DNA of 64,000 nucleotides. Origin: Ramazzottius varieornatus. Lineage: Eukaryota > Animalia > Tardigrada. Position numbers and translations under genes: made by a program. The DNA lies in assembly GCA_001949185.1 (NCBI GenBank), contig BDGG01000004.1:1761620-1825619 (forward strand). Reading direction: 5' to 3'. Positions 26,866-37,356 of this stretch are shown piece after piece (position 1 is the first letter of the stretch; each line of letters starts with the position of its first letter). Below the pieces are notes generated by a model. That model saw only the letters and a program-made list of their open reading frames with translations. It was not told the origin of the DNA and did no database searches.

Positions 26866-29800
26866 AAACTTATTCTGCATAATTTCTTATTCGCACACAT
26901 TACAGTCTGAATTATGTCTGTTGAATAATTACCACCTTACTTGACCCGAGAATTTTATTGTTCTTTCAGTACAACTGTCTTATGTGTAAAATATTCTCGC
27001 GATGCGAATGTATGAGATAACTATCTGTACGAACGACTGACTTATTTAAGATGACGAGTGTGACTGTCAGGAAGCAGTTCGGCGGCTGTAAGAAGTGCGG
27101 GGAGATTTGAAAGTTGTCACAGATAAAAATGGATGTTTGAGCCGAGCAGTTCAGAATGTTTTGGTAGACTTTTTTCACGTTCTGGCAGTTTTAGTATAGG
27201 CTTTGAGGTTTACTTGACGCCTGAGGATTTTAGAGCGCGTGATGGAATATGATGGAGGGATTTACGACTTTCTCATGTCTCTTTATTGAGAAGTGCGCGC
27301 GAGTATGGCCGTTTCAACCGGCACTTAGGATCAAAAATTTAGACTTCGGGCTTCTACAGCATGAATGTAAATCTCTTAAATCCGTGAGATCTCTTGTTCG
27401 ATTTTCGTGAAGCGAAAAGCCTGCAAAGCACAAGAACTTTAGAACAGCGAGGAACAACTTGCAGACCGAGCAAAAGGCACGTGCCGCGCTCTGCTGACTT
27501 GAAAAAAGTCCGAAACCCAAGAAATGCGGTTTTTCTTCCACCTGTCAGACTTGCGGCGGACTGAATTTTCGGCACAGTTATCGCCGCCGTGCCAAAAATT
27601 GCTAGCACGATTACTGTACATATTATTTTGGTTACATAAGCTGGAAAAATAAGAGCCTCCGCATAATCTTATTTACGTTCACAGCATGACACGCCCACCT
27701 CGTTTGGCATGCGCGGTCCGCTCTTTGAGAGGATCGTCGCCCGAAAAGGTCCTTCAGCGTCCGCAAACTGCACTAGTCCGACAGAGACGGTTCAGCCGTG
27801 TTCTCGAGAAACAGTGTGAAGTTTTACTGTAATTAGATTAACCGCGTGCGAAATTGTCCCTCGTCGAAAGTAAAACAAAGAAAGCGTGGCAGAATTTGAA
27901 CGATCATGGCCCGTGGTGGTCTAAAGGTTAATGTAAGACGGCCAGAACGTGGGAAAGTCATTGACAGATCGGTGTGATGTCTCGTAAGAATTAACCATGC
28001 AAACACAAGTGAGCAGATTATAGACTGAATGCCCATTCTTAATTTCCTCAGGCTGCCTAATTAGCCACATTCCTTTCTCATTACCAGTGCGTGTGTATCA
28101 AGAGTTGGGTCAAATTACAGCTAGCACAACCCGAGCTGTGACAAACCAGCGCAAGAAATCAACATTTTTTTACAAGCAGGCGCAGCATCTGCGCCACCAC
28201 ATTGAAATATCGAATATTCAGAACGAGATAATAATTCGTGTGTTTGCTACACGTGGGAAATTTGTCCTTTTGTAACCCCCAAAAACTGGTTTCCGGGAGC
28301 CTGGCGCTCTTCAGTGTCGTGCAGAACGCCAGGCCGCATACATACTCTATCGAACTTTAAGGCGGTCCGAGAACGAATTGTAGAGGTACATTCTTACTCT
28401 GCATCCCAGTAATGCCTCACGAACCTGCACGCGTGGCGAATAACGGATTTGCTCAGAACGGGGTGGATGAACCAAGTGGCTTTCCATGCTCTCCCTTGGC
28501 GGCTCCACGACGCTGCAGCGGTGCTGCCACCTGCCGCCGAAAGGAGGTAGTGTCACTGCGAATTGTACGTCATGCGCCGATCCCAATTGCACGCATCTGG
28601 TAGTAAGCTGAGCGCAACAGTTCATAAAACAAAAACGTAACCCCTCAAGTATGGATTACTCAAACAAGATAATATGCTTGCACTAGAGATTCAAAAACTT
28701 CCTATAAATTATGGTCCATAGACACCGCCTCACAGCCGGAAATCTGGCCACCTTTTTGGAGTGGCCAGGTTCACGCAACCGGCGCCTTTTTGGAGTGTTG
28801 AGTTCCTCAACATTTCTGTTCCATCGGTTTGTTCTAACTCAGTCTTGCGATTCAGATACCCCAGCGCACGCCGGAAAATTCCACGAGTTCCTGATCGGTG
28901 AGCCGACTCGAATGGTGTTCAGTGGGATCGAAATCGTTTATCAAATCAAAAGTGATAAAGGACTTATTTTCTTTCGAGCTTGTCAGAATTATCACCACAA
29001 ACACCAGAACTGTGAAGTTTCCCATCGCAATTGGGCAAGGATGAAAGAGTGCCGCTATCGCGAGCCCAGAGACTAAATCTAGACTTCCTGCTTGGAACTA
29101 CCCAAATATTGCTGTTATCGCAGCTCACATTACCCAAACCGCTACAGTCTGTTCGCGAACGTGTTACAAACTGTCGTCTTTCTCAATTGTTACCCTAATA
29201 AATTATCGCTTTGACAAGCTTCTTCGAGATGCGTAACCACTCAATTTATACCTTACCACCTCGCGGTCCTCGGTGAAAAAGAACACTTGGTACCTGCGGA
29301 ATTTCCCGTGGTCAGACGTAATCACGTAATGAAAATGGGATACTACTGGGGTTTCCTACGACCGAAGTAAAAAAGAGCTACAGTGTACATATTGAGTTGA
29401 TTAGCTGAGGTCTTCGCAAAACCGACTCGTAAATCGCAATAAAATTGATGGCGATTCGGCTCGAGAGATCCATTGTCTCGCCTATCGGTTGATTCTAAAT
29501 AAAAATTCTCGGTATAAGTCCGACGCTATTACAATTATTTGTTTTGAACAGAAAAAAATACTTATTCGATGGCGCCGTGTTTTAACCGACGCAACATCAA
29601 CCGCAAGTTCGAAGTCTGGACCTTGGAATCGGTTTTTCCCCGTGGCGTCGCTGGAATGCGGAATGTGGAATTCGCGTCCTGCTCAGCTGGCTTTGTTTAC
29701 GTTGGACTGGTCACAAAGAACAGAGCCGACCGGAGAAAACATAGGAATTTTCCGCTTTATACTACAATTCATCCGTTTCGGTTTCATGATTGACCCTTGA

Positions 29801-29988
29801 TGGAACGAAAGACCACTTTGCTGCCCTGGGGCGAGAAGTTGAATTTCATCCAGTAAACCAATCAGTTGCAAAAGAAGGTAGGGTCGAGCTGGCCCACGCT
29901 GTTTCGTGCGGGCTTGTACGTACTACGTCACGCCGGGTTTTCGTTATGGGCAAATTCCCGATCCCCGCCTCCCGGTCAAGGATTTAGG

Positions 29989-30027
29989 TATAAAACCAGC
30001 TTTTTGCCTGCTGGAGAAACCATCAGT
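29989..30027 (+). promoter_or_regulatory. TATA box plus initiator of the orphan hydrophilic-protein gene
   Basis: TATAAAA at 29989-29995 and arthropod-type Inr TCAGT at 30023-30027, about 120 nt before ATG 30144 (context ACCATG). Confidence 0.6.
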
Positions 30028-30143
30028 CGAGTTTCCCCCATCTTTTAGTGCTTCTCTTCCGAACAAGCGCTAGCTCTTGATCTCTCGTGTGATCTTTTCG
30101 TAGGTCTCCGTGAAGTAACGCACAAAGAACCTCGTTAGCCACC

Positions 30144-30765
30144 ATGCCTAACACCAAGAACAGCGGCGGCAGCGGCAGCTCTAAGGAGAGCGAGTCCGAA
30201 GACGGACGTGGAAGCAACGCTAAGGATCAGCCTCGCGATGAGCAAGGCCAGTTCATCAGCAAAGAAGAAGCCGGTCAACAAGGAAACAGTAAGAGCAGCG
30301 GCGGATCCGGATCCTCGTCGTCCAACCAGGGTGGAAGCAAGAGCAGCTCCAACCAGAGCTCTGGACAAGGAGGCAACAAGAGCAGCTCCAACCAGGGAGG
30401 AAAGTCCAACCAAGGAGGCAAATCCAACCAAGGAGGCGACGATGATGATGACGACGATGAGGAGGAGAGCGGTTCCAAGGGAGGCAATAGCAAGAGCCAC
30501 GGCGACAAGCAGGACCACAGCAAGCCGGCCGGAGACAACTTGGAGGAAGCTCGCCAGAAGATGGCCGAAGCTGCTCGGTAAGTTTGGGGAATCTTCCCTC
30601 GGTTTTGAGCTGACCTTTTCCTTGCATTTCCGCCTCGCGGGTCTTGATTGATTGATGGATTGCAACGTGGTCTTTTGTTGCAGTGAGTTCGCCGAAGCCC
30701 GTCCTCGCGATGCTGATGGCCGCTTCATGTCTAAGGAGCAGGAGGAAGAACAGTCCGCCAAGTAG
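30144..30765 (+). CDS. Orphan 171-aa Gly/Ser/Gln/acidic intrinsically disordered (hydrophilin-like) protein with two PRDxxGxFxSKE motifs
   Basis: Exon 1 30144-30577 (donor GTAAGT) plus exon 2 30684-30765 (acceptor TTGCAG) splice in frame: ...ARQKMAEAAR / EFAEARPRDADGRFMSKEQEEEQSAK*. Exon 2 repeats the exon 1 motif QPRDEQGQFISKEE, which supports the gene model. Confidence 0.85.
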
Positions 30766-31111
30766 AAGTCTTTGTCCATGGAAGGAAGAATTCCTAGGTT
30801 TAGCTGAATCTCGCATCTTTAGTTTCTTTTGAAGCAGAACATCGTGTTCTTTTTGTTCGATCGTCTCAACTCTTCCCTACTGCTCTTTTCGTCTTATCCT
30901 TTTAGACTCTCCCTGGAGTCTTCCCGTCGATGTGAACCTGTACGGTAAATCAGTATTCCTCGAACAGCAGGTGGTTCGGTTATAGGGATCGACTAGGATG
31001 TGCAAGAGTCTGATAGTTCGTTTGGAAGAATCGTTGCCCGGCACTACGAGGTGTCGGACCACTCTGTAACGAAGAGGGTTGCGGGTGAGCGGTCGTTGAG
31101 CTTCCCTCAAG

Positions 31112-32732
31112 ATGAATGAAGAGCAAGAGGAGGAGGATGATGCTGCTTTTGTTGGTGTGAGTACGAGTCAGGGACTAAACCTTGCAGTTTCTTGTCAAAA
31201 ACTGGCTTCCCCGTCTTGTGTGGTTATTCAAGTATTTTTATGGTTTCGACTGGATAATTTAGGAGTACATTGGAGAACGGAACGAGAGGAAGCAGCGCCA
31301 TGGAGCAGGAACAACCACTCTTCCGAATGGTGATCGTTACAAGGGAAACTACGTGCGGAACCTGCGAGAAGGACAAGGCTTATACATCTTCAAAGGTGGA
31401 GCAAGGTACGAAGGACTGTGGCGCCTGGGAAGAAAGCACGGAGAGGGGAAGTTCATCTATTCCGATGGATCTATTTACGAAGGTAACTTCCCTGGACTTG
31501 TTCCTTCCTTGTTGTTGATTGGTTTGGTTTGGTTGTATCTTTGGTTGTTCACCTGATCCTGAATTTGCTCTTCAGATCTTATTGACCAGTCCCTGAATCC
31601 GCTGCTTCAATATTCCTTGTTCGGTTTTTCTTGCAGGTCACTGGGTAAACGACAAGCGTCACGGTTATGGAGTTTACACGTACCAGAACGGCGATGTTTA
31701 TGCGGGTCAGTGGAAGGAGTCCGAGCGGAGTGGCTACGGATTTTATCTGTGGAAGGATTCTCAAGCTCGATACGTTGGATACTGGGTAAACATACAGAGT
31801 ACCATTCGTAACTGGATTCTTTGGAGTTTTGCCTTCGGCGATGGTTAATCAAGGCTTCTTCCCGTTGATTATATCGCTGGTGTTTTTCGTTAAGTGATTT
31901 TGTTGTTGAACTGTTTACTAGTGACCCTAGTATATCTTCAGGAAAACGGACGACGGGAAGGACGCGGCGAAGTCCTGTTTGGTGCCTACAAGTTTTCCGG
32001 ACTATTTCACAACGACACGGTGGGTTCTTCGACCTCGGACTTCGACGATCCTGGAACTTCGTCCGAAGGTCCGTTATTTTTCGATACTATAATATTCGTT
32101 TCTTTGCAGCCAGTTGGGCCTGGACGCTTCATCTTCCTGGGTGGATGGGAGCAACAAGGACACTTCATTCCGTTCCACATCGTAAACTATTCCATCTGAA
32201 GGCCAGACTTCTTGGTAATATTATTGTGTCCTTGCAGGAACAACACATCCCGGCGAACGCAAATCGAGCTCAGCTCGCAGAAGACGATTCTCCCGAGTTT
32301 CCAGATTCTTCGTTGGACCTCATAACAACATGGATTGCCGAGAGAACGGTTGCGTCGAAGGAGCCCATCAAAGGCATTAAACCGGAAGGTAAACTAAGGC
32401 AGGGAACCCAGCTTCCGAATATCAATTATGTATTTGTTTGGAAGCCTGTATAGCCGTAGTTCTTTTGCCATGTAGAGTTGCTGGTCAAGTTTGATGTGAG
32501 CGTTCATCCTAAAGGAGAGATATCTCTGCCGCGTTCTTCCGGTCAGGATCAAGTGGCGACGCTCTTGGCTCAAGCAAAGAGCGGTATGTCTTCTTTATCG
32601 CCACGATTCACCATGGCGGTTTTTATTTACTCGACATCCTGGTTTACTTCGAGTGATGTTATCTTGCAGGTGAATCCATATTCAAATCTCCGTGAAACTA
32701 TTGGGGATGGCAGGCATTTTTCGGTAAGGTGA
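31112..32732 (+). CDS. RSPH1: MORN-repeat protein, radial spoke head 1 homolog
   Basis: Acidic N-terminus, EYIGERNERKQRHGAGTTTLPNGDRYKGNY, successive MORN repeats (YEGLWRLGRKHGEGKFIYSDGSIYEG; WVNDKRHGYGVYTYQNGDVYAGQW) and PVGPGRFIF. The 3' exons are less certain. Confidence 0.8.
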
Positions 32733-34840
32733 CCTCGGGCAACTCTCGTCGTTCTTGATGCGCGCAGCACAGCTACAGTCGAGCTTGCACCGGCTCGGTC
32801 GTGGAAAAACTTCTTGTTCGAGCTTGTCGGTGTGCTTACTGGATAAGTCGGTTCACTAAGCCTGATTTCCGTGGTTTGTATTGTGTACACCCTGTTGTTT
32901 GTTCTTTCTACCTTTCCAAATATCGTTCTGGGTAACTGCTAATTTTCGTCAAGTCCCGTTGGTTTCGTTGTGCAGTTTTTCGCTCTAATTGCCAGAGTAT
33001 TGTCGCAAATTGAACGTTCATTCCGCAAAATTGCTACTTTGGAAGTGGCTAATTATTACCAAGTTAGTTCCCGTCGTACTGTTCTTGGGGTGACAGATGA
33101 AACCGCGAAGGTGCCTGCAGTGAACGGCAGCATAGTCAAGATGAATTGGAACGTCTGTCTTTTCTGACAACCCCTTAATTATCGATTGGGAACTGCTGCC
33201 GTGCATTCGATTAGTCACCTCGGGAGCCCTTTAGGCCTTTCTTAGGACAACTTTTCCGCATTGCGGGATGGTCTTGGGACGGTCGAGGATTAGCGCAAGG
33301 AGGCTGTCTGGCTCGTGGTGCTCTTCTTACCTGCTAACTATTTTAGTCTGTTTGTAGGACCGGCGAAGACTGCCCACGACAAGGCGAATGAGCGGAAGGG
33401 GTAGAAAGGTCCCGATGCCCAGCCGAGAAAATTACTAGGTTGGAAAGCAAGTCGTTCAGTTATTCCGGAACAATAGCAGTATTAGAATCGGTAACTTGCT
33501 AATTGCAGACTTCGCAAATGAAGAGTCCACTGACCAAAGAAATTATCCGTGATTTGGACAGAATGCGTGCTCGTCAAAAGACAAGCTGACCGATCACGGC
33601 TCTGCAGAACACTAGTATCGCCTCTACCAGCCAAATCTGCCAGGTACTCGCCAGGAAAAAAAGAAAATTGCGATTATGTCCGTCAGAAATCAGCTTCGAA
33701 GTTTTCTGCAAAACTTAGGTGTTAGAATTTTAATATTTCTGTTTCAGTTAAACTTTTGGGCGCCACATCAGCATCGTCAACCGGCAGAGCCAGGGGAAAC
33801 TGGCGGTTTCGACAAAGAGTTGCTAGTGGCGCACGAACGTCATAAATTTAGAGCCATCTTTGCCTCTTTTTGGATTCTTCGTAGGGCCATAACAAGGATC
33901 ATGAAGCGTATTGTATGCATTGAAATCTTAACTTTAAATTTACATACTGTGCAGACATGTTTGACTAATTGGTGATTCTGCAGGTTTTATTGTTACGAGC
34001 GATCGCTGAAAGTGCGCCGCGGGCAATGACTCTGGTTACCACTTTTGCTAAACCTGGGACCAAGTAGCAGGTGGGTTCATCAGCTGAAGACATAATTTAG
34101 ATTGAGCGAAACAATTAAAGTTTACAGCCTATTCATAAATTTTGAAAAGGAGGTGAAGGAAGGGAACTGTGAAAGCGCGTGCCAGAATAGTCAGAGGAGA
34201 ACAACGCCCATTTTAGTTGTATGGGTGCATTACTGTCGCAAGGTAGAATATCTGCTGCTGTCGTCTCGTGGGTTTGAAATTCAATATTACAGGAACTTGC
34301 CAAAGAGCGCCGTCATTTCTGGTAGCTGAAGTCTTGCTGAAGTGGTCTAGTTACTTGAGACCATTCCTGCCTCTTCACAATCCTTACGGCCAGCTCGATA
34401 ATCCTCTCATTCTTCCGTGCCAATTCCACTCTCCGGCTTCACATGAGTCATGCAAATGAGCCTCATAAGGCTCTGCGTGTCCCGTACAGGATGTCGCTAA
34501 TTGAATCGCCGTGAACCATGACGGTGAACTTCTGAGCTTTCTTGGATCGAGTCCGAAGGCAAAAAAAGTATATTCAAGTAATTCAACAGCCGGACATTAT
34601 AGGGAAAATTGGACGTCGGCAAAGCAGCCGCAAAGGAAGTGAGTGCGATCGTCGTCCTAGGTTGCGCACGTTATGATTGGTACTTGCCAACAGCGTGCGA
34701 CACTCGGGAAAACGATCTTGGTCAGTTCATTTGCCGACATTCCATACATTACCGTTTTACTTTTTCTGTCTCATGGAATCCTACAAGAAGAATGTCGCGG
34801 GACAGGTTCTTCGTGAAGAGTCGTAGTGCATAAATGAATT

Positions 34841-34908
34841 TGCGCCGCGACCTTGGAGGAAATACGGCTCTGCGCCGCGACCTTGGAGGAAATACGGCTC
34901 TGCGCCGC
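34841..34908. repeat. Perfect 30-bp tandem duplication (2.3 copies)
   Basis: tgcgccgcgaccttggaggaaatacggctc x2 followed by tgcgccgc. Confidence 0.9.
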
Positions 34909-36576
34909 TTCCACATCTTTGTCGTGATGTCGATATCTTAATTTGCATTTGATGACTGAACGCAACCTTTATTTTCCAGCAGTTAGCTTTCTGGGTTTGG
35001 CTGCTGTCAGGAAGAAAAGGTATGAATGGATCAAAGTCAATCGGCAGTTTCTCATCTGTTAAATTGATGGAATACCTGCAGTGTGGCTATGGTGGCGTTG
35101 ACGCCATCGAGCGGCGCATTGTTTTTGCCTTTCTATTCAGATGCGCGGACAGAGCGTCTGTTAACGATGCAAAGTGTTTCTTTCTCTTCTCTTTGAGGGA
35201 TGGACAGGAATATTGATAGCCGTGTGGATACGGAAGATTAACTGCCAAAGAATAGTTTGCACAGAATAACCTGCATGTCCAGCCACTCCATTGATCATTC
35301 CATTCCTCGCCGACACTTTCGTCTTACCTGGCTGTCGCCATCCCTTCTGCTTCTTTCAGCAGGTAAAAGTCTGTTAAGCTGCATGCCATCATTGCCCACT
35401 GCTTGCTAGACCACTTCACACGCTTTTATCGTCTTAACATCCTACCGTCACTTCTTTTTCTTCTCGTTTGCCCTTTTTTCTTCACTTCAAAGAACAAGCT
35501 GTTCACCGTAACCGGAAGACTCTTCATCCGCTTAATTATTCCACCCAGAATGTCTTTTGTTCATCTCACCTCGCAAACGACGAAAAAACTGACACAAGAC
35601 AAAACATCAGGCAGGAACGCGTATTCAAAAAAACATTCCAACAAACACCAGCACAGATACCAAAGATTCGGAGAGGAAAATCAGATAGAAAAAAATTAAT
35701 GGGAACTGGCGATCGTCGCTGAGAAGGGCATTCAAGTCATCGGTCGAAAGGTCGCACAGGGAGATAAAACGGAAAGTTGAAAACTGGGTGTGTATTTGGC
35801 CGACGAGGAAGTCTATTCGCGTAGGTCCAGAATGCAAGAAACTCCAAGAAATATTCCATGCCGACAGAAAGCCGCCCATTGTGTCAGTTAAGATGGGACA
35901 AAATTTCGACAAGTATGCCACTAGGATCTGATGAACAGTTACAAACGAGACAATTCATCAGGGTAGATCACTATCTCACGCATTTCCGGCCTATTACGGC
36001 GGCTCGCTTGTCAGTTATCACTAGGCTTTACGTTAGAATGAATTTTCATGACGCCGTTTGTACCCGTACTTGACAGATCAAATGAAGTGATGGCATGTAT
36101 ATATGGATATCACAGTGTCGTAATTAATTGGCATCTTCATTCGGAGACTTGTTATAACATTTCTGTCAGCTTGTGGACGTTGTGAAGAGCTTCTGAAATG
36201 CCGGTGGCGCGTCAAACGGGCGCGCGCAGCGGAGGTCTAAAATTCCCATTGGCGTCGCTGATAATTATGCAATCAGAGACCCGTCAAACCAAGCAATTAC
36301 GAAGGGATTGCTGTATGGGAGGTTCATTACGCATCCCGAAATTACAACTGATTACTCCATACGGTTTAACTGCTTTGGTACCTTTACTGACCATCGTACA
36401 AAGGACACCGCGCATTTCTCGATACAAAACAGATTACGCTATCGTCTCAAAGAGGAACTGAACAGATGAGAGCAAAATATTCGTTTATGGCTGTGTTTTT
36501 GCAGGCACAACAATACTTCATTCAGAAGAAAATATTTATAACAGGAAATTCCGCTGTATATGCAAGACAAAAGAAA

Positions 36577-37356
36577 CTACCAAGGTCTCCAAAGGCATTC
36601 CGACGAGTTGGAAGGTGACACCGATGAGCGGCTGGTTTCACTGACGGACGTCGAGTAGGAAAGTACCGAGGGTGAAGGACTGCAGGACGAATTCGGACTA
36701 GGAGAGTTCGTGAAGTCTTTGAAGGATGGTAGTTGGCGGTAGCTGAAAGGCGAGTTCGAAGGCTTGACGTTGCAAGGCCGTGATTGCTGGGAGGTGAAAG
36801 ACAGGTAGTTTTTGATTTGGGCTCTGACGGTATCATTTACTTTCTCGGCACCCAGGAACCTGTCGATTTCGTTGATGCAGGTGTGGTAGCCCTCGCGGAA
36901 CTTCTGGAGGATCACTTCAGTATCAGCAACAAGTGGGACCGGCTGACTGCGCTTTTGGAGGTTCTGGACGAAGAGGAGGGTTCGCTCGAGTATTTCCGCC
37001 TTGTCCAGCTTGGTTTCGGCCTTGTTCTTGGTCTCAGACATGATGATGTACTTGAGTTCGCCCAGACTGCGGTTGATTCGAGCTCGACGCTTCCGCTCGA
37101 TAACACCCTTGGATATCTGCAGGAAAAAAAACTGTAAGTCAGTCTCTCTCGTCTCGAACCAGAAATACTGAAAGAGTTCTGTAAACTAAAAATAAATCGG
37201 TTGCGTTGTTGACTGACAAGAATAGAAAACATCAGAATAGCTGGAAAAATTTCGATCTTTACGCAATTCAGAAGTCTTTTCACTATATTCAGTAGAAGTT
37301 TAATTTACCTTCCGGTTGACGGATGACTGAGCACGCTTGGTGGCTTCTGCGGTCAT
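36577..37356 (-). CDS. Second Hes/E(spl)-like bHLH-Orange protein with WRPW, divergent
   Basis: Exons 37356-37309 and 37116-36577 give MTAEATKRAQSSVNRK / ISKGVIERKRRARINRSLGELKYIIMSETKNKAETKLDKAEILERTLLFV, Orange domain FREGYHTCINEIDRFL, C-terminal LWRPW. A TATAAAA lies about 180 nt upstream on the minus strand. Confidence 0.92.

Noticed and set aside
28744-28798. Short direct repeat CCTTTTTGGAGTG with a small TGGCCAC/GTGGCCA inverted repeat
   Set aside because: Too short to assign to an element or structured RNA.
30135-30816. Long hydrophobic antisense and alternate-frame ORFs (214, 186 and 147 aa) over the orphan gene
   Set aside because: Shadow frames of low-complexity, codon-biased sequence. 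Promoter, start context, splice sites and the repeated motif all support the frame starting at 30144.
34841-34908. 30-bp repeat as a CRISPR-like array
   Set aside because: Head-to-tail duplication with no spacers, in eukaryotic DNA.
36108-36115. K-box (CTGTGATA on the minus strand) downstream of the second Hes gene
   Set aside because: A single 8-mer about 460 nt past the stop, 3'UTR extent unknown, and the same word occurs elsewhere in the window.
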